Shown in pieces: positions 27,199 through 40,619 of a stretch of DNA of 64,000 nt. How positions within the stretch are numbered: the stretch's first letter is position 1; each line of letters begins with the position of its first letter. Location: positions 124,001-188,000 of the forward strand of contig KZ538063.1 of assembly GCA_000934665.2 (NCBI GenBank), written 5' to 3'. The position numbers and the translations under genes were made by a program. Source of the stretch: Catajapyx aquilonaris. Its lineage: Eukaryota. A model generated the notes under the pieces. It searched no databases. It saw only the letters and a list, made by a program, of their open reading frames with translations, and was not told the DNA's origin.

Positions 27199-27358
27199 AA
27201 AACTTGGCAACACTGCCCCCCCCCCCCCGACTGTCCACCTAATACCATATCCCTCACATAGGTGGCCCATCCTTCCTCTCTGCACACTCCTGCCACTCTC
27301 AGGGTCATACTACCGTGGGTACTATGTGCACCTGGCTGATGACTCACTCCGGACAAAC
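27199..27358 (+). mobile_element. Family A repeat, longest uninterrupted copy
   Basis: aacttggcaacactg..ctgtcca..taccatatccctcacataggtggc..tctgcacactcctgccactctcagggtc..ggtactatgtgcacctggctgatgactcactccggacaaac. Confidence 0.85.
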
Positions 27359-27379
27359 ATTACGTTCTAAGTGCAGTCA

Positions 27380-27945
27380 TAATTTAACTAAAATAATAAC
27401 TAATAACAACTAAACAATGTAACTTATAACAACTAATAACAACTAAACAATATGACTAATAACAACTAATAACACAGTCAAATAAATAACGAAGCTAATA
27501 CCTAAACATAACTAAACTAATAGCTGATGATAACCAATAACTAAATAACCAACTTATAATGACTAAACAATGTAACTATTAACAACTAAACAATGTAACT
27601 ATTAACAACTAAACAATATAACTAATAACACAGTCAAATAAATAACGAAGCTAATACCTAAACATGACTAAACTAATAACTGATGATAACCAAAAACTAA
27701 ATAACCAACTAATAACTACTGAATAACTAGTACTGAATAACTAACAAATACGAAATAACTAACAATAACTCATATTAACATGAAAAATAATTAATATTAA
27801 CATGAAATAATCACTAATGTTAGCCTGAAATAACAACTAATAGTACAACTAATACGGCATAACCAAAATAACTTGAATCTGAAATAACATTTAACTAACA
27901 ATAACTAAATAACTAATGACAACTAAATAATATAAGTAATATAGC
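27380..27945. repeat. AATAACT/AACTAAT simple-repeat array
   Basis: actaataacacagtcaaataaataacgaagctaatacctaaac duplicated at ~27465/27621. Confidence 0.8.
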
Positions 27946-30200
27946 CAACTGGCATTACTAAATTGTATCTTTTTGGAAGCATTAACATGACTGTCCGTAC
28001 CAGATCCATCTAGCGGCCCAAACTCGAAGTACTTAATGTCGTGTCCACAACTTTTCCGGGTTTGACGGCTCCAATCACCGAGGATCACATAATCTTTTAA
28101 GCAGCATATGGTTTCCATCCTACACTACCACTGCGGCCCCCCGAATCACCCCTCCAAATGCAACGCCCAAAATAATAAGCGGCCATGTTTGTCATGCTCA
28201 TGAGAAGCATATTTCATTCGCGTATTATCGTGTTGATCTGTTAATTTGGCGCCACCACAATTTAGCCAGCTATGGAGGACTACGATGATGCAAAAAGTTT
28301 GGCACTTTTCGAGTGGGAGGGTTTTGCTATCATATTTAGCATGATTGGAAGCAGTAGGAGTAAAGATGCGATTACAGCACCGTTCGTGGGGTGGCGGAAA
28401 CTCCCCCCCCCCNCTCAGATTTTTTTTGGGAGGTCCACCCACTGCCATAAATATGAGCTATAGGACTCAAAGATGATAATTTTGGGGTGCTTGACTCTAA
28501 ATGGCCCCTCACATAGCATCCCACGCCAATATTTCTATAGATTGAAGTCGCACCGTTTTGAGCGTGTGTAAACCCAGGGAATAAATTTGCAGTTGCGTCA
28601 CACCAACTCGATCCAATTAATGTGATTGATGCTAATACGGTATAGAAAAATTAATATTTCGGTCCGGTTTTGGGATGGGTCGTCGGATGGGGAGGGGATA
28701 AACACGGGCTCGTTTTGGGTTGCACGGGGAACCATTCAATACGTTTCAATCTCGGGGATTCGGGCTCTAACGGGCCGTGTCCGCAACTTTATTGGGGGCA
28801 CTACAAGGTATACCAAACGATACCTCTGCATAAACTGACCCACTTTAAAAGGTTGTAGAGTTGTAGGTGTTATTATAAAACACCATGCACCATTTGCTTA
28901 TTCCCCCTGTTTTCTGGAAAGACGTATTAAGTGTAAGTAGCAAGAGCAAGTAGCAGATAGCAGATAATTGTAGCGGGTAGCAGTTAAGAGTAACGGTTAT
29001 GCTTTTCACAGCGCTGCAAGAGAAACCTCAATATGGCGGAGTCTTAATTTGAATTTGATGTACTATTGTCATTTTCATAATCCCGGTACTTTAAATTTTA
29101 TTAAAACAATTTAGCTCATTTAAAAACAACATTTTACATTTAATGTTTAAAACATTTTAAATTTCATTTATTAAATATTTGCAACTTTATTATTTAAATA
29201 TTTACAAATTTTATTTTTAAGATATTATTATTTTATTTATAAATTTCTTTAAGTTAATTTTTGATTTAAAATATTTTAATTTCAAATAGTTATTTTAAGA
29301 TTTTAAAATTGCATTGTTGCACAATTTTTGCACTTTCAAATGTAATTGTTATTTTTTACATTTCTATAATTAAATGAATTTTGCGATACTTACATATAAC
29401 ATTTTGAAATATATTTTAATTGCTCCAATATTTAATTGTGCTACCTGCAGTAGTTAGCGACTTATTTTGACCCCCTTATTATTCAGCACCAAATTCTAGC
29501 TGCTTTCAAAAATATTAGGTAGAGTTTCACCACTAATTTTGCGAGGAATTTTAAAGCATTGCGAGTGACCATTTTATACTGACTTTATAGCTAATATGAG
29601 TAGCTAATACTTCGAATAACCTGAACATCTGTTCGAAAAATAACTATTTAGTAATTGCTTTAAAAATCACAACTACGAGCAGCTCTGTTGCAGTGAAGGT
29701 TCCTGTAATTGCTAGAATGACATGGCCTGCACTTACAATTGTTGCGTTTCGGTGCGTATAGATACTGCGTCATCTCCCCCCNCCCCCAGCTTTGGTCATG
29801 ACTCCTCCTTCCTCCCCTACCTGATTAAAATTCCATTTTTGGACCACCTTTGGAGGGGGTCACATTTGCATATTTTCCACTCCAGATTACCATTCCTTTG
29901 AGATAGATTCACTCAAAAGAGATAGAGAGACTCATGTGTAGAGGGGGGAGTTGGCAAAGAAAGTTCATTTTCGAGGTTAGGGAGGAGGGGACATAACCAC
30001 CCACCAAATTTAAAATGCATGAAGGCAAACTTGATATTAAGAGGAAAAAAGTGGAATGGGGAGCTAACGATCAAGCGACTCTGTTATACTATGTAGGAGA
30101 GTGCACCACTGCCAGTAAATGATTTACAGCCGGGGACGTCAATCGGCCAGTTTATACGCATGGAGTATTATCTCTCTACTAGTAGTAAAACAGTTGCTAA

Positions 30201-30633
30201 AATTTGGCAACGCTGCACCAGACTGTCCATGTAGTGCCATATTCCTCGCATAGATGTCTCTCACTCACTCTCTGCACACTACTGCCACTCTTAGGGTCGG
30301 GCTAGTACAGTGCTGGACATTAATCGACGCATACTGCCAGCGACATTTTCCGAAGCGGCAGAAGAAGGAATCGAAGATAAGGATACTGCAAGATTCCTTC
30401 TCCTGCCGCTTCGGAAAATGTCGCTGGCAGTATGCCTCGATTAATGTCCAACACTGTACAGTGCTGGCCATATATGGAGGCAACGACTAGCGACATTTTC
30501 CGAAGCGGCAGAAGAAGGAATCGAAGATAAGGATACTGCAAGATTCCTTCTCCTGCCGCTTCGGAAAATGTCGCTGGCAGTATGCCTCGATTAATGTCCA
30601 ACACTGTACTGGTACTATACAAGGATCTAGCTG
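30201..30633 (+). mobile_element. Family A copy interrupted by two tandem family B MITEs
   Basis: ttggcaacgctg..gtccatgtagtgcca..cgcatagatg..actgccactcttagggtcgg [MITEs] tggtactatac..ctagctg. Confidence 0.8.
30308..30606. mobile_element. Two tandem family B MITEs (30308-30456, 30459-30606) sharing a TA
   Basis: TA|cagtgctgg...ccaacactg|TA|cagtgctgg...ccaacactg|TA; each unit is a hairpin. Confidence 0.93.
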
Positions 30634-30747
30634 TCGTTCCGTCTATAAATTCCTCAACTTACACCTACCCAACTATACACTTAACTGCTGTTAGGAAGAT
30701 TCGGGAACATGTCAAAAGATGGCGCCAGAAGTCCAATCAATTGGTTT

Positions 30748-30778
30748 CAACTTACCTGCAAAGAGAAAAATAAACATA
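30748..30778 (-). other. Candidate recursive splice site (ratchet point) in the long dpr intron
   Basis: Minus strand reads tgtttatttttctctttgCAG|GTAAGTtg: polypyrimidine tract and AG (30757-30756) directly followed by a perfect GTAAGT donor, on the same strand as the dpr exon. Confidence 0.7.
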
Positions 30779-31840
30779 ATAAATAATTAAGAACAACAAT
30801 AGATTACAACAACTATTGAATTGTTCAGTATATTAAAAAGTTGAAGACGGATTAACTTCAGATAATGTTGTGAGCTAACTTATGAACCACACGGTTATAA
30901 ATGCTCGGATCAAATATTATTTTGGTACATTTTCTACTTTCAATTTACTCCCAACAATGTGCCTCTCATTTTTGCTTCAAAATATGGCTTCGCTCCGGAG
31001 AGCAGCCAAATCGCATCAGTATAAAAAGACAAGAAAAACATGGCGTCGTTAGTTCCGGTACATTCCCCCTTATGCAGAAACGCAGCACATGACTCACACT
31101 GTGCCATACCTCGCGTACGTGCTAAAACCGATTATTCAAAAAAAAAGTGCGGTTCGCAAATTTATTCGCAATGCGAGTCCAATCGGCCACCCACAAAAAA
31201 AAATATTCGCTAGGACTTGTTGTCACGTTGCAAAAACATGCCACGCACATACGCACAAGCTGGCCAAACATTGCTCGGATGGAATTGCACCAAACTGATG
31301 CAGGTTTTAGCAATATTTACGTGAATGTAGCAGCGTGCAGGGTGTGCCGGAGCTAAAAAGTGGTTCTGCGCATGCGCATCGCTGCAAGGAGGCGGAGTCA
31401 GCTCTTTGCCTCAAGGTAGCCAGGTGCTCAGGTGAATCTGGCAACTCTGACCGCGACTGTCTCACATCCCGCGGTCGTAAAAGAAAGCTCAAATCTGCGA
31501 CTTCGTTAGGACCAATCCCTGATAACGCATGTGACTAAAAAAAGAAGCGGCTAATTAATAAAAGAAGCTGGTAATTAACAGGAAGGCTCTTAAACCATCT
31601 ATAGTCTTGGAAGATTTATCGGGGCTCCGCACACCCTTCCTTCTTGGACCTTCCTTCAGACCACCTTGCCGCAAGTCTTATCGGAAAACCAGAAGAAACT
31701 CAGGAGGAAGAGCTTCAAGATTCTTCCCGTTTATGGCACATTCCAGGAGATTCCAGCAAACGGTCTTAATTAGCGGTCGGTTTTGTCAACGTTAATTAAG
31801 AAGAAAATCTCTTATTATGTCATACTAGCGAACCTCTCGC

Positions 31841-32259
31841 CAAACTTGGCAACACTGTCCACGTAGTACCATGCACCTGACATAGATGGCGTATCTGCAC
31901 ATATCACCCACGCTGACAGAGTCACATGCACGAGCCAATTCTATATATGACAAGTAGCGAACCTGTTGACAAAAGGCAACACTGCCTGACCTATAGTATG
32001 AGATCGGTCGCTTTAAGAACGCAACCGTGCGCGCACACCAGTTCGCGCAAGACCACACCCCTTCCCACAACGTTGCCACGTTCAAAATCATTGTGATCGT
32101 CTCAGCTGTCCTTGGAGTGGCTCTGGCAACGCCGCAGAAGGTCCCATCAGTGTGAGAAGTAAGCGTATCCTATGCGCCACGGGATGCGCACTCGGTTGCG
32201 TTCTTATATTGATCAAGCTGTTACATGCACCTATAGGTGATGACTCACCGCGGACAAAC
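31841..32259 (+). mobile_element. Family A copy interrupted by other insertions, including MITE G
   Basis: aaacttggcaacactgtccacgtagtacca..catagatggcgtatctgcaca; resumes at ~32221 tacatgcaccta..tgatgactcaccgcggacaaac. Confidence 0.8.
32016..32204. mobile_element. MITE family G relative (TA-flanked)
   Basis: TA|agaacgcaaccg..gcgca...tgcgcactcggttgcgttct|TA. Confidence 0.75.
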
Positions 32260-33130
32260 GGAGGCACAGACTCAAGGCAGTTCTGTACATGAACGCATTG
32301 TGAATAGCATAATCAAAGATTTTCTCTAATTTTCCTTAATGCAACCGGCGGTATTCACTAGTCTATAGTTAACGGCCCGATTAGAATTAGACTGCCGGTT
32401 AATTAGGTTTACAGATCCCCTGACTAAATTAAGGCACACAGTTGTAGCCTTGACGTCATCAGAAGGTGGCTCTTCCCCTCTAGTTAATGTCAATTAGTGG
32501 TCCTCCCAACTCAGGTTTCCGTGCCCTTTGACCTCCCGCCCTTTTCGAGTTCGTGACCGTTGCGTTGGATGGATGACCCCCTTTTTTTTCCTCCTTGCAT
32601 CCATCATTCCGCCTATTGGTCATCCATTGTCCATGAGCCTTTTATTCGTCTCCCTACATGTTCCACATTTTTGGGTGGGAGGAACCAAAGGACATTTCAC
32701 TGTAGAAGCCAGGACTGTAAGGGAGAGCAATAAACCACCAGGTGGCAGGTCGAGCATGTCCGGTGTCCACTATGGCCGCATGTTAAACCCAGGTTAAACC
32801 AGATCATGGGAATAGACAAGGGAATATGTGAAAGTCGTTAAACGGATTGTTCGACCAAGCAACTCAGTTTGGAGAGAAGCAACAGGTTGCTCGGTTAAAC
32901 AAAATGTTGTTTCTCTTCTTTTGCGCAGTATAACCAAGAGATTAGAATAGCAATTCAAAGAAACGTTGTCTAACTTTCAACACTTCGTTTAAAATGGTCG
33001 GATGTTCAAAAGTGGGTCAGAATCACAATCGGTTAGAATCTTAAAAGTGATTAAAAGTGCTAAAATGACTTCACACGATTGCACCGAAATGTTAAAAGTT
33101 AGACAGTTATTACTGCAGATGATTTTTTTA

Positions 33131-33330
33131 CGAGCGCAACCGAGTGCGCACCCACATTCGCGCAAGTCCATTGTTCCGACAACAACGTTGCCACAGTTGC
33201 TCCTCAAGTAGGCTCTAAGGTTCGTTCCAGAAACTTGGCAACATCGCAAATGTCAGCTGTATTGTTACCCCATAAAGCGTAGTGTTGGAAACAATTTGCG
33301 CGAATAGTGTTGCGCATTCGGTTGCGCTCA
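33131..33330. mobile_element. MITE family G (TA-flanked)
   Basis: TA|cgagcgcaaccgagtgcgca...tgcgcattcggttgcgctca|TA; reverse homologue at 43633-43843. Confidence 0.85.
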
Positions 33331-35574
33331 TAAACAAATTAATCTATATTTTCACACTCTTCAGAAACGTAAATTATCAAATAAAATATATTAAAACAAA
33401 TAAAACATTACAATTATGAACAAATAAATAAAATAATAATATAACATTTCAATAATGGACAAATAAATAAAATAACAAATATAACATTTCAATAATGGAC
33501 AAATAAATAAAACAATAAATATAACATTGCAATAATGAACAAATGAAATAATAAATATAACAATAAATAAATTATACACAAATGAAACAATAATATAATG
33601 ATATTAATGAATACTGAAACAAATTAGTATAAAATAATAATTAAAAATAAATAATAACTAACAATAGATGTAATAAGTGATTTAATATTAACGAATAAAA
33701 ATAACATAACAAAACAAATAATGCATGAGAAATGATATAAATATAAGAAATAACAAATATAATAAATAATACTAATTAATAATAAAAAATATATCAAATT
33801 AATAATGCGGTATTAAAATAAATGAAATGAATAACAAAAGCTCGATGACAAGAGGTACAGATATAGATTATTAAATCAAAGCACAGCGAATTAAATTTGT
33901 TTATCAAATGAGGATATTATCGCCCCCCCCCCCCCCCCCCCCCCCCCCCNAGGGAATGAGGAGCTATCTAACCACAAACCATCAGCACAACACAAGGCAT
34001 GGATGCATAATTACACCGGAGCATGTGCGCAATCCGGATAATCCAGACATTAATCCCGCACATGTGATTCAGAATCGGGCAAAAATATAATTTTTAATAA
34101 ACAAACACACAGCGTAATGATCCGGAGTCCAGCTCATAATCCTGCCATTTTTTAGGTGGGGGTCAGACTGGACACTGTGGGGTTGAAGGGGGTGGGGGGA
34201 GATGAAATTCATGATAATTACATGCATTTGGTCCTAATTTGGTGGTTAATGACATTAGTTAAAACGAGGAGGGGAAAAAGCAGATCAAATGATTACGTGG
34301 TGGGTCCACGATAACAATATTGTGTCGAGTTGAGATCGATCCAGGGTTGCCACCACCATCATCTTTCTTCTCATGGGGGGTGGTTGGGGCTTGGGTTGGG
34401 GGGGGGGGGGGTCACAGGAATCCGGGCAAGGTCAAGAGGTCAGTCGGTGTAATTGCGCCATTTTTTCTACCCTTTAATTATTGCAATAAGCGACCCATTT
34501 TTCATGCTGAACAGGGTGGGATTGACAACCCTGCACGTGTGGTTCACGCATGATGTATTGCTCCAATATGGCGCCCAGACAATGGACTAGGGTCAACCTG
34601 GGTCATTGCGTGGGAATTAATTAAGGATGCTTTTAACTATGATTTTTAAATAAAAAAAAGCGATATCACCGTTCCTGCAATTTTTTATTCTCAATTTTCA
34701 AAAGACGTCATGTGTGACGTCATATCCGGCGGTTATCTTCAGCGCTACAGTTATCGTGATCCCAGTATAGCAGAACTGCCGAACACAAGATAGTGTCACA
34801 TACATAGGGACACAAATAAACAATATATTGTTCAGGTGGTATATTGGACCACCCAAAAATGAGCAGGCGTCGAGACGCTTTTCTGTGTCACAGCAATCGT
34901 CGCGACGCCAGGTTTTTCCATCTGTCCTTTACCTCCCGTCTCGCAGCCTCCTCTTTTTTTACTAGACCAGTGAGTGCCAGTGGGTGGGTGTGCCAGCTGT
35001 GGGGTGAAGCAGAACACACACATACAGTCTGAATCTCTAGCCTCGTTCATCACTTGCTCCGACCGTATGGCCTCCTTTGCAGAGGCATCAAAAAAGAAAG
35101 AGAAAAGGGTCGCCATTTTGAGTCCCACTGGACACTGACAAAGAATGGCGCGGAACGGCACCAACTGGCACGGTTTGGTTCACTCCTAGTAGTGTTTCTA
35201 ACCTTTCCTTTGAAACACCTATTTCTTTACAGTTGGGACATTAATACTATAAGCCGACGATATTGGTTAAGATTGCTGTACCTAGCTGTTATAAATTAAC
35301 TGCTTAAAATGAGCAGCTTTTTGACCCACTACGGACGTGCCAATTGAAGACTTTGGAACAAATATTAATTGCTATGGCCAATAAGGATGTCGTTTAGAAA
35401 AATAGGAAAAAAAACTGTCCTGATTTTGAAATCAGTTTGTGACATCCCCTCACCAGGCGCGAGCCTGGGTGGGCTTTGTGTATCAGTCGTGTTTTGGTCC
35501 GGCTTCGGACCGGTCTAATAAACGACCCTGAGTGACCATGCGGGGTCAAGGGATGACATGAGGTCAACCCTCAC

Positions 35575-36440
35575 AAGTTTGAACAGCTAGTTTTCAATAA
35601 CTAGTTTGAACAGCTAGCTTTCAATAACTAGTTTGAACAGCCAGTTTTCAATAACTAGTTTTAGAAGCTACTCACAAATAGCTATGTTTATAACTAGTTT
35701 GAACAGCTAGTTTTTAATAACTAGTTTTAGAAGCTACTCACAAATAGCTATGTTTATAACTAGTTTGAACAGCTAGTTTTTAATAACTAGTTTTAGAAGC
35801 TACTCACAAATAGCTATGTTTATAACTAGTTTGAACAGCTAGTTTTCAATAACTATAGTTTGAACAGATAGTTTTCAATAACTAGTTTGAAGAGCTAGTT
35901 TTCAATGACTAGTTTGAATAGCTAGTTTTCAATGACTAGTTTGAATAGCTAGTTTTTAATAACTAGTTTTAGAAGCTACTCACAAACAGCTATGTTTATA
36001 ACTACTTACAATCAGCTATGTTTATAGCTACTTACAAACAGCTATGTTTATAACCTACTTAAACAGCTACCTTCAAAACCACTTGCCCAGAGTTCCTTTG
36101 AGAAGCTACTAGTTACTAATACGAGTAGCTACATTTGAAATTGGGCTTCTATTAACAGCTACTTTTAGAAGCTACCTCCCAGTTACGTTTAATAGCTGCT
36201 TGAAATAGCTCATTTTGAAATTGTTCTACTTTTAGAAGCTACGTAAATAGCTCATTTTGAAATTATGGCTACTTTTAGAAGCTACATAAAATAGCTCATT
36301 TTGAAGTTATGCCAGTTTCAGAAGCTACATAAAATAGTTACCCTTAGAAGCTACTTACCCATAACTATTTTTAGAAGCTACTTACAGATAACTGCTTTCC
36401 AGTAGTTACTTTTAGAAGCTATTTAACAGGTTGACTGCTA
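35575..36440. repeat. Minisatellite: 27-bp and ~67-bp units built from CTAG/AGCTA words
   Basis: (aactagtttgaacagctagttttcaat)n and ttttagaagctactcacaaatagctatgtttat repeats. Confidence 0.9.
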
Positions 36441-37069
36441 AAACATGATGGTTATAGTATGAAAATATCGCCTATTTAAAGAGGCTCGCGCAGATGACCT
36501 TATTTATGCCCACACTTACGACAAAAAAATATGAGCGATCATAAACAGCGCAATATGCAATATTACGCGAATTGCGATTTTCAAACTTCCTTTTTTTTAC
36601 ATTTTTGAACAGCTATGCTTTGAACAGCGTTAGGAATAACATTTTACGCTCTAATTGGTTCGAACGGGCGTTTTGCGTGGGGAGGGGTATAATAGCCTTT
36701 AACGACCCGAATATTTATGGGCCACTTTCTGTAATTACCTGTGTGATTTTTACAGATACAACCAACCTTATCTGGCCAATCAAAACGCAACCCTCATCGG
36801 ATGAATAAAATACAAGTGCAACAATACCCGGTATACGGTAAAGAGGCAAAAACATATTATTTTTGCAAATTCTCCCCCATATTCGCGAAAAATGTCGTAA
36901 CTTTTTTACAACAATATTTAAGTGCATATTTTGGCCTAAAATACGCTTTAAAAATACACTTTTTATATGTAAAAACAGGATAATAAATTAGACCACGCCT
37001 CTTTCTATTGCAAGGTTGCTAGGGCAGGTAACTTTATATACCGTACTGTATAAATACTGTATAAATTTT

Positions 37070-37320
37070 CAGGGTTGGAATTATGGTAATATTTTTGTCA
37101 AAGTTGGAATTATCCCTAAATGTGTCAGGGTTGAAAATACTATGACTAATTGGGCACGCTTGGAATAATGGATAATTTTCTCAGAGTTGGAATTGTCGTT
37201 AGTTTTGTTCCAGTGTGAATTGTGGCTACACTTTTTAGGGTTAAAATTATAGATAATTTAGTTATGGTCGGAATTATGGCTAATTTTGTCAGGGTTGGAA
37301 TTATGGTCAAGTTGTCTCTA
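37070..37320. repeat. Degenerate GGGTTGGAATTATGG tandem repeat (~30 bp)
   Basis: About 8 divergent units of cagggttggaattatgg. Confidence 0.65.
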
Positions 37321-40300
37321 GTAATACTCGTAGTGGTATTTTGATCTCAAATTCATCGAAATTCCACAGCAAGTTTGCTAGGGCAGACGTTCACGCATTG
37401 AGTCGGGGTTGGAAATACGGTCAGAAACGCACTAAATTGGCAAGACCTACTTGACTATTGATCACCCGACACTTTTGTTGTGAATGCATTCACCCACACT
37501 ATTTTTCCGCGAATAAGGTGGGGTGCCCCCCCCCCCCTCCAAAAAAAAAACATTTTTTTTTTTTTGTCCGGAAATCCTCGTGCTTTGCGTTTTTATACCG
37601 TGACAATAAACGTGGCAATTAATTCATTATCAGTCGGTGGGAGAGCACAGCATGTGAATAAAAGGCGTGCATGCAAAGTGTTGGTGGCGCCAACATATTT
37701 TTCGGTGGAGAAAATCCGGAAATAAGTGGGCGGGGCTTATCTTCCGGACACCATTGCTTCAAGCCCATCAAACATTATCCTTCTATTCATCCAGACCTGA
37801 TTTTTTTTTGTCCGGAATAGAATGGGAGGAGAGGCTCATAATAATCGATCAGTTATTAATAGGAGGGGGGAGGGGGCATGGTTACATAGTGTGTATCTGG
37901 ACCCCCCCGGAACAATCCGGGCTTGAAAGCAGATTGGGCTTACACGGGGGATGATAATACCAGGAGCTTTTTGACCTACGAGCTCACAGGATTTTTTCCC
38001 CGGCCAAGTAGCTTAGATTTATCGCTTTTTTTTACAAAAAAAATTTCGCGATACACTTATCTACTTTTAAAGCTGGATATTAAATTAAATCCAGCAAAAG
38101 ACGGATAATAAATATTCAACATTTGAAAGACAGGTGGAGTTATTACATTGTATGTTAAACTAATTCAAATCAAACTTAAAACGTCAAATTAAATAAAATT
38201 TGAAGTATTATTTACGCGGAGGAAAATCAAATTCAATGAAGATGAAATGAAATCGAATTTATAATTATCAAATTACATTAAATTAAAATTATTAGTTACG
38301 TTAATAATTAAAGTTATTAAATCTAGGAAATTTACATTATTCGATGAAATGATGGGAAACTGAATGATTGGCTTAAGAAAATTAATATTGTGTAATTCAT
38401 TAAAATAATAAAATTAAATCAGATTCTAAGTAAATACATGAATATTATAAAACGAAACAATATACAATCGTTTTTAATTTTTAAATTAATTGCGAAGTAC
38501 AGAATATAATAGAATAAAAAATCATGACGCACTAAATTTATAATATTATTAAATTAAATGTAAATTAAAGTAACTTAAATTAAAACGATGGAATTAAATA
38601 AATCAAATAATTACATAAATTTAGAATATTATAAAATCGAAATCAAAATGAGAAAAACAACTAAAACAACAAAATAAAATAAATTAAAATGACAAAATTG
38701 AATCAAATTAAATCGCAATAATTTTTTATAATAAAATACTAAAAATTACAAATGCAGCTCATCTTAATAAGCTGTTATTTATAACCGTTCCTTTTGAATA
38801 ACAATGTATAATCACTGCTATGCAAAAAATTCGCAATATATTTCCGGACAGATTTTCTGCACCTATACAGTAACTTACATAATATGGCTTAAGGTTTTGC
38901 AAAAATTAAATGTGCAATACACCCTCCACTTTACATGATCCGCTTCCAGATTTATACCGGGTAGGGAAAAAATCCGGTACATTCTAAATCCTGGCCTGAG
39001 CTAGACTTTGCGAATGTGGCTGCGAAAAGCCCCTCCCCCCTTCCCCCCCACAAAATTTCAAATAGTGATCCAGAAGTGGTGACTCGAGCAGCTCCAACCC
39101 CCCCTCGCATAGAAACATAGGAATCATGTAAATAACAAAACCCTGGTTGCTGCGGGGGCCAACAGAAAGCGCAAAAAAACGTGTGCAAAAAATTCGCGAG
39201 TTAGTTTCTTTCGTTTTCTCTTCCTCTGCCTCGGCAATAAATTTAAATTTTGGTGGGCCCAAACTCCCCCATCGGTTTTCTTCGCCGCCACAAGACTTTC
39301 GATCTGGGTCACTCCCATTTTCAGCAACACAAAAAATCGCAACAACACTCGCTTCCAAAAACTTTAGCCGCCCAAAAATGGCGGAACAGAAACGTGGGAC
39401 TCTAGGGGAGAAAAAATGGCCGCCAAAAGAAGAGAGAGTAAGACTAATCATCACCTCCCTTCATCCCCAAATGGCAATTTGGTGTTTGCATTTTTTCTTC
39501 TTCTTCTTCGCAACAACACTTTTGCCAGCATGGCGATAGAAAAGAGCTTCTTTTCTCGCGCAATTGAAAAGGGCAAAGGGACGGGGGAGGAGAAACTTTT
39601 CCTTCAACTTTTGCCAAGGGAGGGAAGTATCTGATGGCTCTCCTTTTGTGCCAGGCTAACGAGTCTTTTACAGTGGAGAAAAGAAGGGGTCGTATGGTGG
39701 CAGGGTGAAGGAAGAGTCTGTGGCTCTGTTTGTCCGGCTCGGCTAGGTGCATTCTAGGCCAAAGAACGTTATTGTAGCTTTGAAGTCCGTCATGGACACC
39801 CCTGTGACGACTCTCACTCGAGGACCTTCGCGCCTTCTAAGTGTGGATATGTTCTTTGTGAGTCAGTCGTGAAGCGGCCTGGCTGCAGGCTGCAGGCTGT
39901 CCCGAACCTCTCTATTATTGGACCACGACACTGAGTGACTTCGCGGAGTCGGGAGAGGACACGAGGAGGTCAACCATCACAATGGCGCCCAACCGTGGGG
40001 CCGCCGTGGCCAAAATGGCTTCCCTCCGGAGAGGCGATCCACTGAGCGTAAAATGATCTGGTAACCCTGCGTCTCTTGGTTGAATCCTGCTGGAAAGTCA
40101 TGGTCCAGTGATCCCTTCACCTCCTGGAAATCCTTGTTATTCCAACGGGCCGGGAGAACCGGCTGATTAAGCGCCATCATAGACACACTGCGGCTTATCC
40201 GCTCTTGCGAATCACAGCATCCCCCCCTCACATTTGGAGCCATCCACACGTGTGCTGCAGCTGTGATATTGCTTCTCTCCTTGCCAGCCTAGCCCAGACT

Positions 40301-40619
40301 TACTTCTCCGATGCCCTGCACCTGTCGCAAATGAGACGCTATTTACGGGCCTCGGGACAGAGTAACGAGCAAGAAAACCCTACCCTCCCCTTGCTTCAAA
40401 GACTGGAGTTTGCGCTGGCTGAGACGCGTGCACTCAACCCAAGCTCCCTAATTGGCCTCCGTTGCCGGGGCACTTCCTACCTACCTGTGTGGCTCACGTC
40501 GCAGGAGACCAAGTGGAAAAAGAAGTCAATAAGATGCCCGGATTTATGGCCAGTCCACGCTCCGTAGAGAGGGGGAAAAAATGCTCTCGTTAGCAGGTAA
40601 CAACTTGGAGGAAACTTTC

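Noticed and set aside
30254..30622. Similar peptides on both strands (CQRHFPKRQ...)
   Set aside because: Artefact of palindromic MITE B copies.
39780..40570. GC-rich stretch with 90-120 aa ORFs
   Set aside because: No recognisable protein motifs or convincing splice-phase chain; may be a repeat remnant.
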